From: Minisyncoccia bacterium | Lineage (GTDB): Bacteria; Patescibacteriota; Minisyncoccia; Phycocordibacterales; UBA5272 | Length of the DNA stretch: 60,975 nucleotides | Direction: 5' to 3' | Assembly: GCA_038326985.1 (NCBI GenBank) | Contig: JBBQKQ010000004.1 | Coordinates: forward strand, 1 to 60,975 | The notes under the pieces: generated by a model | The model's input: the letters and a program-made list of their open reading frames with translations, nothing else | Database searches by the model: none | Told to the model about the DNA's origin: nothing | Program-made: the position numbers and the translations under genes | Part shown: piece by piece, positions 9,355-19,452 of the stretch | Numbering within the stretch: position 1 is the stretch's first letter | Layout: each line of letters opens with the position of its first letter

Positions 9355-11325
9355 TTACAAATATACCACAATTTTTTCGTGTGCACTATCGGCATCGGAA
9401 AAGTATTCTTCTTCTTCCATAACGAGTTCACTAGGAATGTCATCTAAAAACTCACTTCGAAATTGCATTTGTCTTTTTCCATAGACCATTCTGTTTTTAG
9501 CATTGGTCAAATATAGTTTCTTTTTTGCACGAGTTAGAGCCACGTAAAAAAGCCTTCTCTCTTCCTCGCCTTCTTCTTGTGTGGGCTGTTTAGCATCAAA
9601 TCTTTTGCTTGGAAAAAGGTCATCTTCTAAACCAGTTATAAATACATTATTAAACTCCAGACCTTTAGAAGCGTGGATTGTCATCATCTTTATTTTATTT
9701 TCTTCACTTGTATCCGTGTCTTGGTCAGAAACTAGGCTCGACTCTTCCAAAAATTTATTCATAGCATCTTCTATTGGCAAGTTGTCATACTCAGTAGCTA
9801 AAGTCATAAGCTCATAAATATTCCCTAGTCTTTCCACTTCTTCTTCACCTGCTTTTTCTTTTAAATCTGCCTCAATTCCTGAGTCTTTGATTATTTTTAA
9901 AATTATTTCACTTGGGAACTTTGTATCGACCATCTCACTTAGCTCGAGAATAAATTTATCAAACTTTTCAAGTTTCAGTTTAAGTGGTTGAGCCAAGTCA
10001 GTTACATTGCCGCCTAGTATTTTCGCCATAGCCACTTTTCCAAATCCACGGCTGGGGTTCCCAATTGCTCTTTTCATGTCTTCTACGCTATTTTGGTTTA
10101 GAGCAAGTCTCAAATAACTCATCACGTCTTTCACTTCTTTTCTATCAAAAAACCTTGTTCCTAACATGTGGTATTTTACGCCTTCAGCAAGCATTGCTTG
10201 CTCTAGTACCCGTGACTGAAAGTTTGTGCGGTATAAAATACAAATTTCATTTGCATTTAGGCCATCTTCTTCTACCAAACTTTTTATTTTATTGGCAATA
10301 TATTTTGCTTCTTGTCTATCGTCATAACCTGTGTAAATTGTTATCACCTCACCTTCTACATTTTCTGTAAATAAGTTTTTTTCTTTTCGGATTTTATTTT
10401 TCTTAATTATTTCGTTGGCTGCGGAAATAATATTTTTCGTACTTCTATAGTTTTGCTCTAAAAGAATTATCTTGGCTTCCCGTTCACTTGTACTAAAATC
10501 TTCTTCAAACCGCAATAAATTTTTCAAGTTTGCACCACGCCAAGAATATATATTTTGGTCTACGTCACCCACTGCACAAATATTTTGGTGTTTGTCGGCT
10601 AAAAGTTTGCACAACAAATACTGTGAGTTGTTTGTATCTTGATATTCGTCAATGTGTAAATATTTCCATTTGTTTTGGTATTTCTCACGCACATCTCCAT
10701 TGTTTTGTAAAAGTTTTAAAGTCTTTACTATTAAGTCATCAAAGTCTACTACTTTTCTTTTTTCAAGCTCTGCTTCGTATTGTGGCCAAACACGAGCTAC
10801 AACTTTTTGCAGTGGTGAAAAAGCAGAACTTTTGTATTCAGTTGGGTCTACCAGGTCACTTTTTACTCTACTTATCGCACCTTTTATTCGCCTAGGTTCA
10901 TGCATTTTAGTATCTATCCCTTCTCGCTCACATATGGTTTTGATTATTGCTACAGAGTCCCCCTCATCATAAATAGTTAGCCTCTTTGTTACATTTGCAG
11001 CCACATATTCTTCTTGTAAAATATACATTCCCAAACTATGAAAAGTTTTTATCATTGGGGTTTGGACAATTGTGGACACGTAGTTTTCATAATTTTCTAT
11101 CAGGCCAACTTCGTTCATTCTTTTTACAATTCTCTCTCGCATTTCCTTGGCAGCTTTATTGGTAAAAGTTATAGCTAAAATGCTCCGTGGCTCAATGTTT
11201 TTGATTTTAATTATATGAATAATTCTTTCTACAATAGTTTTAGTTTTTCCCGCTCCCGCTCCTGCAAGTATTAAAAGTGGTCCCTCGGTATAGTTTACAG
11301 CACTCTCTTGTCTCTCATTTAACAT
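9355..11325 (-). CDS. pcrA: ATP-dependent DNA helicase UvrD/PcrA
   Basis: LNERQESAV, AGAGAGKT, TFTNKAA, DEYQDTN, VGDVDQNIYSWRGA, TIHASKGLEF, EERRLFYVALTRAK. Confidence 0.93.
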   Translation of the reverse strand: MLNERQESAVNYTEGPLLILAGAGAGKTKTIVERIIHIIKIKNIEPRSILAITFTNKAAKEMRERIVKRMNEVGLIENYENYVSTIVQTPMIKTFHSLGMYILQEEYVAANVTKRLTIYDEGDSVAIIKTICEREGIDTKMHEPRRIKGAISRVKSDLVDPTEYKSSAFSPLQKVVARVWPQYEAELEKRKVVDFDDLIVKTLKLLQNNGDVREKYQNKWKYLHIDEYQDTNNSQYLLCKLLADKHQNICAVGDVDQNIYSWRGANLKNLLRFEEDFSTSEREAKIILLEQNYRSTKNIISAANEIIKKNKIRKEKNLFTENVEGEVITIYTGYDDRQEAKYIANKIKSLVEEDGLNANEICILYRTNFQSRVLEQAMLAEGVKYHMLGTRFFDRKEVKDVMSYLRLALNQNSVEDMKRAIGNPSRGFGKVAMAKILGGNVTDLAQPLKLKLEKFDKFILELSEMVDTKFPSEIILKIIKDSGIEADLKEKAGEEEVERLGNIYELMTLATEYDNLPIEDAMNKFLEESSLVSDQDTDTSEENKIKMMTIHASKGLEFNNVFITGLEDDLFPSKRFDAKQPTQEEGEEERRLFYVALTRAKKKLYLTNAKNRMVYGKRQMQFRSEFLDDIPSELVMEEEEYFSDADSAHEKIVVYL

Positions 11326-11364
11326 TCTTTGGAGTTTAGCACGCAAACATTAATTATTAAAATT

Positions 11365-11703
11365 TTATAGCTCTTCTTCAAATTCACCTAACACTTCGTT
11401 TAGTTTATCAATTATCAAAGTCTCGGCTTGTGGGTAAAGAGATGTTAGGTATACATATAAAGAGTTTCGAGAAGCACCCTTTCTTATGAACTCTATAAAT
11501 GCTGTAAATTTATCTTCTCCCAAGTGCTGAACAATATCTAGTATGGCACGTTCTATTGCTTGTTCTCCAAGCTGGGCTGCGATGTATTCACGCATTTTAG
11601 GGTCATTTGTCCCAAAGTTTTTTTTACCTAAAATATCTTTTATTTTTTCGTCAATATTAAATTTTGTGTTTGTGGTGTCTTGCATAAATTTAATTTTTTC
11701 CAA
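11365..11703 (-). CDS. Hypothetical protein
   Basis: 112-aa ORF in tandem with neighbours; start may be ATG 11685. Confidence 0.65.
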   Translation of the reverse strand: MEKIKFMQDTTNTKFNIDEKIKDILGKKNFGTNDPKMREYIAAQLGEQAIERAILDIVQHLGEDKFTAFIEFIRKGASRNSLYVYLTSLYPQAETLIIDKLNEVLGEFEEEL

Positions 11704-12664
11704 ATCTGGATACTAATATATCCAATAGAACTCTTCCTGCATTTCCATTGTCAGAATCCTCTAAACTGCTTATAAACATTAAAATATCCTGAGGTGCTAT
11801 TTTGCCCTCTGTTTCGTCAATAATCTCCATTGATTTTCTATGACTAACTCTTAAACTCTCCGCAAGTCTAACAGTAGAAGACTTTGTGGCATGAAAAACT
11901 TCTATTAAGATTGAGATATTTTCTATAACTTTAGGGTCCGCAAGTTTTTGATATTTCTCCATTTGGGAAACAAGCTCCGCAAGTTCTCTAGAATGACCAG
12001 TTTCTATTTCTGTCAATCTATCTTCAACATCTTCTTTATCATTGGTAATACTTTCTCTGTAATCTGCAAGTAACATTTGAGAAATTTTGTTTAATATTTC
12101 TTTACTTTTTTCCGACCCTCCTCTTTCTAGAAGTTTTTTTAATGCGTCCTCTGTAAGAAGTTCATCAAGGTCACCTTTCTCAATTTCTGTTTTTTCATTT
12201 TCAACTTCAATTTTTCCTTCAGGTATTCTACCTTTTACCTCTTCATATTTTTGTTTTAATTTTAAAAATTTAGCAGCGTCGGAAAAAAAGTTTTGCAAAA
12301 ATAAAAATGATTGTTGTATTTCTGCACCTGTCATTAGGTCTCTAATTTCTAACTTAGGTTGTGTTTCAACTTGCGGGGTTAAAATTTCAGGAACTAAAGT
12401 GGGAGCTTTGATTTCTATTGCTTCCTCCTCATTATCATTCAAAAAGTTGGGTACTGTAAAATCAGGGATCTCATCCTCAACTTCTTGCTGTGGCACAGAA
12501 TTTACCAAGGTATTCCTCTCCTTTCTTCGTTCGTTTTCTGCATCTTTTAAAAGTGCCATTTTTTGCCTGACGGTTGATAAAATATCATGAACTTGACCAA
12601 CATCTACAGGTTTTGTGTGCATATTTTCAGCAGGTGTTAATTGTAGAAATTTTCGAATTACCAT
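11690..12664 (-). CDS. Acidic helical hypothetical protein
   Basis: 324-aa ORF, E/K-rich, -10-like box just upstream. Confidence 0.75.
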   Translation of the reverse strand: MVIRKFLQLTPAENMHTKPVDVGQVHDILSTVRQKMALLKDAENERRKERNTLVNSVPQQEVEDEIPDFTVPNFLNDNEEEAIEIKAPTLVPEILTPQVETQPKLEIRDLMTGAEIQQSFLFLQNFFSDAAKFLKLKQKYEEVKGRIPEGKIEVENEKTEIEKGDLDELLTEDALKKLLERGGSEKSKEILNKISQMLLADYRESITNDKEDVEDRLTEIETGHSRELAELVSQMEKYQKLADPKVIENISILIEVFHATKSSTVRLAESLRVSHRKSMEIIDETEGKIAPQDILMFISSLEDSDNGNAGRVLLDILVSRFGKN

Positions 12665-12720
12665 ATTACTTTTAGTTTACTCTATTATAGGATAAAGTAA
12701 ATACCAAAAGCTTATTTTGT

Positions 12721-13914
12721 ATGTTGATAAGTTTCTCTTTATCTGGTAAGATGGGGAAACCAATGTCAAAAACAAGACAAGTCTCAAATTTTAGTATTTT
12801 TGTATTCGCCATTATTTTTTTACTTTATACAAAAGATGCCTTTGCTTTTTCATTGAAAGATTCTCTTTCCAACTTATTTAACTCTGGAAATAAAAGTACT
12901 TCTACTTATAAAGAGTATGAAAGAAAAGAAACAGTGCAGAATTTAAAATTTCTTGAACCTGAAAAAGCACTTGCCCAGTCTTTGCAAAATAGTGAACCTG
13001 GAGATATTACTTCTGACACGGAAAATAGTTTAAAAGCTGGAAAGTCATTGGCAAATGGTGAAGAGATTATTGAGAGTAGAGACAATCAAACCGATAAGAC
13101 AATTTATACAGTTCAAGAAGGTGATACTTTAGACTCGATTGCAAGTTATTTTAATATTTCTGCAAGTACTATTCGTGAAACAAATAAAGATAAAAAAATA
13201 AAATCAGGAGTTGTTTTAGAAATCCCGCAAATAGATGTCTCATTATATAAGGTGCTTAAAGGTGATACTCTAGAACAAATTGCCTTAAAGTTTAAAATAG
13301 ATGCGGATGACATCTCTCTTTTTAATGGATTTATAAGAAGTGAAGATCTGACAACTGGCGACGAAATATATCTACCGGGTGTAAAAACCCCAGATGTAGT
13401 TGTTGTAAAAAATAATGGTAATAAGGTTGTTAAAAAAGACAAGAATAAAAATTCTTTGGCAAAAGATATTTCAAAATACATTCCCAAGGCTTGGGTAGTT
13501 GGAGATACTTCACATTTAAATATTCTTTCCAATGTTAATAAGTTTGTAAATTTGCAAAAAATTACCGGCTATTTTATTTTCCCTGCACCAGGTGCCAACC
13601 GTACTCAAAAACTTCACGGAAACAATGGTTGTGACTTAGCAAACTATATTGGTGCACCAGTTGTAGCTTCGGCGGGAGGAGTTGTTCGTACAGCCAAAAC
13701 TGGAGGTTATAACTTTGGAATAGGAAACTATATCGTAATAACTCATGACAACGGAACTGAGACTGTTTATGGCCACTTGAGTGAGGTAGATGTTCAAGTT
13801 GGTCAGTCAGTTTCTCGTGGACAAAACATCGGTAAAGTTGGAAACAGTGGAAACTCAACTGGACCCCACCTTCACTTTGAGATTCACGGTGCCTACAATC
13901 CGTGGGCTTGGTAA
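12721..13914 (+). CDS. LysM + M23 family metallopeptidase
   Basis: Two LysM repeats (YTVQEGDTLDSIA, YKVLKGDTLEQIA); M23 motifs YGHL and GNSTGPHLHFEI; first Zn motif atypical (HGNNGCD). Confidence 0.9.
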   Translation: MLISFSLSGKMGKPMSKTRQVSNFSIFVFAIIFLLYTKDAFAFSLKDSLSNLFNSGNKSTSTYKEYERKETVQNLKFLEPEKALAQSLQNSEPGDITSDTENSLKAGKSLANGEEIIESRDNQTDKTIYTVQEGDTLDSIASYFNISASTIRETNKDKKIKSGVVLEIPQIDVSLYKVLKGDTLEQIALKFKIDADDISLFNGFIRSEDLTTGDEIYLPGVKTPDVVVVKNNGNKVVKKDKNKNSLAKDISKYIPKAWVVGDTSHLNILSNVNKFVNLQKITGYFIFPAPGANRTQKLHGNNGCDLANYIGAPVVASAGGVVRTAKTGGYNFGIGNYIVITHDNGTETVYGHLSEVDVQVGQSVSRGQNIGKVGNSGNSTGPHLHFEIHGAYNPWAW

Positions 13915-13926
13915 GGAATCCTTTTT

Positions 13927-13966
13927 AAATAATAAAAACCTGAAATATTTCAGGTTTTTATTATTT
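13927..13966. terminator. Bidirectional intrinsic terminator
   Basis: Perfect inverted repeat AAATAATAAAAACCTGAAAT-ATTTCAGGTTTTTATTATTT between the convergent M23 gene and tRNA. Confidence 0.8.
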
Positions 13967-13970
13967 TCGG

Positions 13971-14043
13971 AGCCGCTTGTCAGGGTCGAACTGACGACCT
14001 ACGGTTTACAAAACCGTTGCTCTACCAACTGAGCTAAAGCGGC
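13971..14043 (-). tRNA. tRNA-Thr(UGU)
   Basis: GCCGCTTTAGCTCAGTTGGTAGAGCAACGGTTT-TGT-AAACCGT...GTTCGACCC; cloverleaf; no encoded CCA. Confidence 0.95.
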
Positions 14044-14107
14044 GACTTTGAAGATTATATCATTAAGTCGTTTTTTCTCAAAATTTATTTACTTTATTTA
14101 TTAAGCT

Positions 14108-14551
14108 CTATTTCCCTTTAAACATTTTTACAAAACTCCATTCAATGCTTGACATAAAAACTAAAGTAAAAAGTGTTAGAAAGGTTGCAAGACTAGCGAG
14201 ATAGGTAAGTCCAAACCCAGCTGCCGCTCCAACACCAGATGTTGCCCAAAGAGTAGCTGCACTTGTGAGACCTTTTTTCTTATTACCGTCTTTACTAATA
14301 AATATTAGCCCTGCTCCAAGAAACCCAATACCAGCTACTATTTGCCCTATTATTCTTATGGTTTCTATTTGTGAAGTGTTGAGCTGGATAGAAGCTATTA
14401 TTCCGGTAATGACGAAAAGTGCGGACCCCATTGAAACTATTCCATGAGTACGAACTCCAGCTTCGTGTTTGTTCAAAATTCGTTCAAAGCCAATTAGCAT
14501 TCCCAAAACTAAAGCTGTAATTAAGCGAATAAATATTTCTTCATTTGTCAT
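14108..14551 (-). CDS. MgtC/SapB family membrane protein
   Basis: LIGFER...AGVRTH, IVAGIGFLGAGLI, GLTSAATLW; start moved to MTNEE. Confidence 0.9.
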   Translation of the reverse strand: MTNEEIFIRLITALVLGMLIGFERILNKHEAGVRTHGIVSMGSALFVITGIIASIQLNTSQIETIRIIGQIVAGIGFLGAGLIFISKDGNKKKGLTSAATLWATSGVGAAAGFGLTYLASLATFLTLFTLVFMSSIEWSFVKMFKGK

Positions 14552-14558
14552 AAAATAT

Positions 14559-14566
14559 AGTATACT
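14559..14566. promoter_or_regulatory. Bidirectional -10 element AGTATACT serving divergent near-leaderless genes
   Basis: TATACT 7 nt before ATG 14551 (-) and 9 nt before ATG 14576 (+). Confidence 0.6.
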
Positions 14567-14575
14567 CAAAATATT

Positions 14576-15421
14576 ATGGAAAACAATAGTCAAAACAATA
14601 ATTCAACTACGATACCCGATTTCAATAAGCCTGTTTCCGATACAAAAGAAAGCGAGACGGTGGTGCATACAAAAGTAATCTCAGAAACAATTCCGAAAAA
14701 AAAAGAAAGTAACTTTTTAACTTTTTTTTATATTTTTCTAACTATTATTTTGTTAATAACAGGTTATTTTGTTTACTATTTTGCAAATCAATTTTTGAAT
14801 TCTGATGTCTCAGCCACCGAACAAAAATTAGTTTTTGAAAACCCTCTTGTCCGTGCAACAAAAAGTAGAGTAATTTCCCTTGAAGAAGGTGCAAGTAAAG
14901 AAGCTGTTAGAAACATTATTACCCAGGCTTTACTTTATGAAAAAGTTGCTCCTGGTGAAATTTCTATTATTATGCCTTCGTATTTACGGGACACTGTAGT
15001 AGATGGAACCAGAAAATTAGTTTCCGAGCTACAGCGGGGAGATGACTTTTTTTTCACATTTGCAGGAAGAGCACCCCTCAATTTAAGAACAATATCTGCA
15101 GAAAAATACGCCGTGGGAGTAGTAGGAAATAAAAATGGCAAACAAAATTTCCTGACCTTCTCAGTTTCATCTGCCCCAGATGCTAACAGAGAAATGTTGC
15201 GCTATGAAACAGAAATCTATAATGATTTGAGGACACTTTTACAACTTAGAGAAATAAAAGGAAATCTTAGTTTTAAAGATCTGTCAGAAAATAACCATAT
15301 TTTACGTGTGGCCTATGATGATGATGGTGTGTTGTTGGTTTACGGTTTTGGAGCTTCTAAAACCATTATTGTTGGACCGGACTTAGAAACTTTCCAAAAT
15401 ATATTTGATAATTTAAAATAA
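14576..15421 (+). CDS. Single-TM hypothetical protein
   Basis: 281-aa ORF, one TM helix at ~aa47-70, co-oriented with ftsW. Confidence 0.75.
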   Translation: MENNSQNNNSTTIPDFNKPVSDTKESETVVHTKVISETIPKKKESNFLTFFYIFLTIILLITGYFVYYFANQFLNSDVSATEQKLVFENPLVRATKSRVISLEEGASKEAVRNIITQALLYEKVAPGEISIIMPSYLRDTVVDGTRKLVSELQRGDDFFFTFAGRAPLNLRTISAEKYAVGVVGNKNGKQNFLTFSVSSAPDANREMLRYETEIYNDLRTLLQLREIKGNLSFKDLSENNHILRVAYDDDGVLLVYGFGASKTIIVGPDLETFQNIFDNLK

Positions 15422-15429
15422 ATACTAAA

Positions 15430-16542
15430 ATGTTTAATCACTTTAAAACTCATCGGCTAGATGCCGTTACTACAGTACTTACTTTTTTCATTCTTTTTTT
15501 TGGTTTTATAATGTTTTTCTCGGCCTCACTTGGAGTTATGGCACGCTACGAAGAGAAATTTTACGGAATTATTCAAAACCAGTTTTTATTTGGTATATGT
15601 TTAGGTTCATTGGTTTATTTTCTGGGAGCTTATATCCCTAAAAAATTTATTAAAAATATAACACCCGGAATTTTTATTGTTTCAGTACTTCTGTGTATAG
15701 CGGTTCTTTTTCCTCAAATAGGTTTTATGCACGGAGGTGCTAGAAGGTGGATAAGTATTTTAGGATTCTCTTTTCAACCTAGTGAAATATTTAAATTCTC
15801 GGCTATTCTTTTTCTTGGTTGGTACAACTTTAAATTTTGGAACAAACTTCAAGATACAAAATGGAGGCTTTTTCCGATTTTATTATTATTTTTAATTTCA
15901 ACATTAGTTTTAATACAACCAGATCTAGGTACCACTGCAATTATTATCTCAGCAGTCTCACTAGTATTTTTTATTACATCTGCTAAATACAAAGATATTT
16001 TACTTATAGTTGGAATTGGTTTAGTAGGTATTTTTAGTTTCTATTTATTTTTCCCCCACGCAAGAGAAAGAGTTGACACATTTTTAAACCCCTCTGAGAA
16101 ACTTCAAAACCAAAGTTATCAAGCAAAGCAAACTTTGATATCTTTAGGATCTGGAGGACTTTGGGGTGATGGATATGGAAAAAGTTTACAAAAATATTAC
16201 CATCTGCCAGAGCCAGTAGGAGATTCTATATTTGCGGTTATTGGTGAGGAGCTAGGATTTGCAGGTTCAGTATTTATTTTATTAGTTATTTTTGCATTAG
16301 CGATAAGACTAATATTGTTGAGCGAAAACACCCGTGACCCATTTGAAAAATCAGTTCTCATTGGTACTGGTGTTGCAATACTCGCGCAGGCATTCTTAAA
16401 TTCTGCCTCGGCTTCGGGTACTATTCCTTTTACAGGTGTTCCCTTCCCCCTTATTTCTCATGGCTCGACTTCTATAATTATTATTATGGGAATGCTCGGG
16501 TTTTGTTCGCAGCTGTCCGTGCATAAAATTATTCAAAAATAA
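15430..16542 (+). CDS. ftsW: SEDS protein FtsW
   Basis: GARRWI, FQPSEIFK, QPDLGT, LPEPVGDSIFAVIGEELG, PFTGVPFPLISHG; directly upstream of murG. Confidence 0.9.
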   Translation: MFNHFKTHRLDAVTTVLTFFILFFGFIMFFSASLGVMARYEEKFYGIIQNQFLFGICLGSLVYFLGAYIPKKFIKNITPGIFIVSVLLCIAVLFPQIGFMHGGARRWISILGFSFQPSEIFKFSAILFLGWYNFKFWNKLQDTKWRLFPILLLFLISTLVLIQPDLGTTAIIISAVSLVFFITSAKYKDILLIVGIGLVGIFSFYLFFPHARERVDTFLNPSEKLQNQSYQAKQTLISLGSGGLWGDGYGKSLQKYYHLPEPVGDSIFAVIGEELGFAGSVFILLVIFALAIRLILLSENTRDPFEKSVLIGTGVAILAQAFLNSASASGTIPFTGVPFPLISHGSTSIIIIMGMLGFCSQLSVHKIIQK

Positions 16543-16574
16543 AATTTTTACAAAAATATTGTATACTAAAACCT

Positions 16575-17708
16575 ATGCGAATAGGATTAGTTGGTGGTGG
16601 CACAGGCGGACATTTTTACCCACTTATGGCGGTAGCAGAAAAGCTACAGGCTCAAAATATTACTCTATTTTACTTTGGTCCAAACAAACACGACGAAAAA
16701 TATCTTAGCGATTTGAAAATAAATTTTATAAAAATACCTGCCGGAAAGATGAGGCTTTACTCTTCTGGTAAAAACTTTCTAGATATGTTTAAAATTGGCT
16801 GGGGAATATTTATAGCAATGTTAAAATTACCCATTGTCTACCCTGACATAATTTTTTCTAAAGGTGGGTACACTGCTTTTCCTATTTTATTTGTCGCCAG
16901 AGTTCTAAGAATCCCGGTAGTTATACATGATTCTGACACTGTACCTGGTAGGGTTTCAATATATTCTGCAAAATTTGCAATGTTAGTTGCTACAGCGTGG
17001 AATGAAACTGCAAAATTTTTAATCACTACTAAACATATTTCAGGAGATAAAATAATGGAGACTGGCCTACCAATCAGAAAAGTCTTGAACCCACTTTATA
17101 AATATGAAAAAAATAAGCAGATAAACGCTGAGTTTAATTTTATTAACAAAAGTTTACCCCTTATAACTATTCTTGGTGGATCTCAAGGGTCTCAAATATT
17201 AAATGAGTCAATAATTTCATGTCTGCCATTTGTTTTACCCTTCGCTCAAGTAATTCATCAAACAGGTAAAAATAATTTTACTCAGGTAAAACATAACACT
17301 GACAGTTTGTTACAAAATATGAAAGAAAAAGAAAATTATTTTTTAAAAGATTTTTTTAACGTGGACGAAATGAGAGAAATTTATTCACAGTCTAGTTTGA
17401 TAATTATGAGAAGCGGCTCCCAAATTCTTGAAACCTATCTTTGGGGAATTCCAACAATTTTAATCCCTATCTCACAAGAGGTTTCTCGTGATCAAAGAAG
17501 TAACGCTTTTGCTAGTATGAGGCGTGGCGCAAGTATCGTAATCGAAGAAAAAAATCTTACACCGCATATTCTACAAAATGAAATTTTAAGACTTCTCAAA
17601 GACAATCGTGCTTTAACTCATATGAGTGCATCGGCAAGAGAGTCAGCAGTATATGATGCAGATCAAAAGATTGCAGATGTTCTTATAAAAATTGCCCAAG
17701 AGCACTAA
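16575..17708 (+). CDS. murG: Lipid I GlcNAc transferase MurG
   Basis: GGGTGGHFYP, SKGGYTAFP, GLPIR, GGSQGS, DQRSNA. Confidence 0.93.
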   Translation: MRIGLVGGGTGGHFYPLMAVAEKLQAQNITLFYFGPNKHDEKYLSDLKINFIKIPAGKMRLYSSGKNFLDMFKIGWGIFIAMLKLPIVYPDIIFSKGGYTAFPILFVARVLRIPVVIHDSDTVPGRVSIYSAKFAMLVATAWNETAKFLITTKHISGDKIMETGLPIRKVLNPLYKYEKNKQINAEFNFINKSLPLITILGGSQGSQILNESIISCLPFVLPFAQVIHQTGKNNFTQVKHNTDSLLQNMKEKENYFLKDFFNVDEMREIYSQSSLIIMRSGSQILETYLWGIPTILIPISQEVSRDQRSNAFASMRRGASIVIEEKNLTPHILQNEILRLLKDNRALTHMSASARESAVYDADQKIADVLIKIAQEH

Positions 17709-18363
17709 AATCTTCTTTTATGTCAGGGGAATTTACTAGGAAACTTCCTACCACAAATTCATTTGCACCAGCGTTTTTACATAACTCTATTGTATCTAAA
17801 TTTATACCTCCATCTACGCAAATATTTATTTCAGGAAATGCCTCTCGAAGCTCCACCATTATTTTCAAACTTTGGTCGCTAAATTCTTGTTTTTGAAACC
17901 CTATTTTGTCTATACACATGATTCGGAGTCCAGAAATATCTTGTAAATTGTTTTTAACAAAATTAACAAAATTTTTCAGGTCATTATCAACTTTTATAGC
18001 CAAATATATTTCTATTTCTAGTTTTTTACATTTCTCTACTATTACCCCCCATTCTTCCTCACTAAATGTATCAAAATGAATCACAACCCTATCAAACCCA
18101 TAAGCTGCTAAAATATCTATTTTATCTAGGGGGTTTTTCACCATCAGGTGCGCTGTGTAGTCAAAACTATCCCAATTTGGTAAATAGGGGTCAGTTTTTA
18201 TTTCTGGAATCCAAGTTTTATTTCTTACGTATTCCCCATCGCAAATATCAATTTCAATTCTCTCAGGTTTATCTTGTTTATTTATAAGTTGCAAAAACTT
18301 ATTTGAAACGTGCTCAAGGTTAGCAAAATTTTTTTCTAAAATACTAGGGATTATTTGACTCAT
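17683..18363 (-). CDS. rpe: Ribulose-phosphate 3-epimerase
   Basis: IIPSIL, IDICDG, AHLMV, VDGGIN, GANEFVVGS. Confidence 0.85.
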   Translation of the reverse strand: MSQIIPSILEKNFANLEHVSNKFLQLINKQDKPERIEIDICDGEYVRNKTWIPEIKTDPYLPNWDSFDYTAHLMVKNPLDKIDILAAYGFDRVVIHFDTFSEEEWGVIVEKCKKLEIEIYLAIKVDNDLKNFVNFVKNNLQDISGLRIMCIDKIGFQKQEFSDQSLKIMVELREAFPEINICVDGGINLDTIELCKNAGANEFVVGSFLVNSPDIKEDFSALGQFL

Positions 18364-18375
18364 AACTACATTCTA

Positions 18376-18834
18376 TCACAAATTATAGTCAATTTTTAAT
18401 ACCCTTTTTACATGACGTCCGGCTTCAAAAGGTGTTATAAAAAAAGTTTCTATGGCAACTTTGGTAAATTGTTCGCTTACAAATCTTGCCCCAAAAGAAA
18501 TGATATTACAATTATTATGTGCCCGCGATAGTTTAACGAGTTCTAAGTTTTCATTATTACACAAAAATGCCCTAGCATTTTTAAATCTATTAGCGCAAAT
18601 TGCCTCCCCATTTCCTGAGCCTCCAAATATTAAGCATTTTCCTTTATCTGTGTTTCCATTTGTATCTTCAATAAATTTTTTTATACAGGGAATAATATAA
18701 TCAGGATAATCATCATTTACATCGTAAACTGGGTTAGAAAAATCTTTTACTAAAAAACCTCTATTTTCTAGATCTTTTTTCACAAACTCTTTTATAAAAT
18801 ATCCTGCATGGTCAGATGCAATATAGACAATCAT
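18376..18834 (-). CDS. rpiB: Ribose-5-phosphate isomerase B
   Basis: IASDHAG, DYPD, GGSGNGEAICANR, SRAHNNCN, FEAGRHVKR. Confidence 0.92.
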   Translation of the reverse strand: MIVYIASDHAGYFIKEFVKKDLENRGFLVKDFSNPVYDVNDDYPDYIIPCIKKFIEDTNGNTDKGKCLIFGGSGNGEAICANRFKNARAFLCNNENLELVKLSRAHNNCNIISFGARFVSEQFTKVAIETFFITPFEAGRHVKRVLKIDYNL

Positions 18835-18859
18835 GGAAAATAGTATACACTGTTTTTAT

Positions 18860-19447
18860 ATGGATAGCGGAGTAGCAAACACGCAAAAAATAGTAATAGC
18901 GGTAGCAATAATAATTGGTTTTTTGATATTAGTAATAATTGGCTATTCACTTTATAGAAAAGCCGGCATTGCGGAAGAAGAGCTTGCAAAAAAAGTTGCA
19001 CTTGATAATGTAACTAAAAAAACTGGTGACCGGACAGCAATATCTCTTACCGGTGAGTCGAAAAATACTTCTCAATTTACCTATGATAATCTGACTCAGA
19101 AAAATAACAATGACTCCACAAGTACTGAAAAAATGCAAGTTGTAAATGAAACTATAACAGTAGTTGCGAGCGATACTCTGCCAGTTCAAGAAGATATCCA
19201 AACTCCAGCGAATGAAGATCCTACCCCTATTGTAACAACACCTCCTCAAACCAAGCCCATTGTTAAACCGACCTCTGTCCCAAAAACAACTTACAGACCA
19301 GTTTATCAGCCAGTAGATAGTGATTTGCCACTTACTGCAGCTCAGATAAGAGCTATTCGATCTTTACCTATCGACTCTTCACCCTCAGGTGTTTTACAGA
19401 CTCAACTAGAAGCACAGTCTGGCGGAGAATATAAAGCGCAGTATTAA
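18860..19447 (+). CDS. Single-TM hypothetical protein with Pro/Thr-rich region
   Basis: ORF with N-terminal TM helix; start at MDSGV avoids overlap with rpiB. Confidence 0.7.
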   Translation: MDSGVANTQKIVIAVAIIIGFLILVIIGYSLYRKAGIAEEELAKKVALDNVTKKTGDRTAISLTGESKNTSQFTYDNLTQKNNNDSTSTEKMQVVNETITVVASDTLPVQEDIQTPANEDPTPIVTTPPQTKPIVKPTSVPKTTYRPVYQPVDSDLPLTAAQIRAIRSLPIDSSPSGVLQTQLEAQSGGEYKAQY

Positions 19448-19452
19448 TTTTT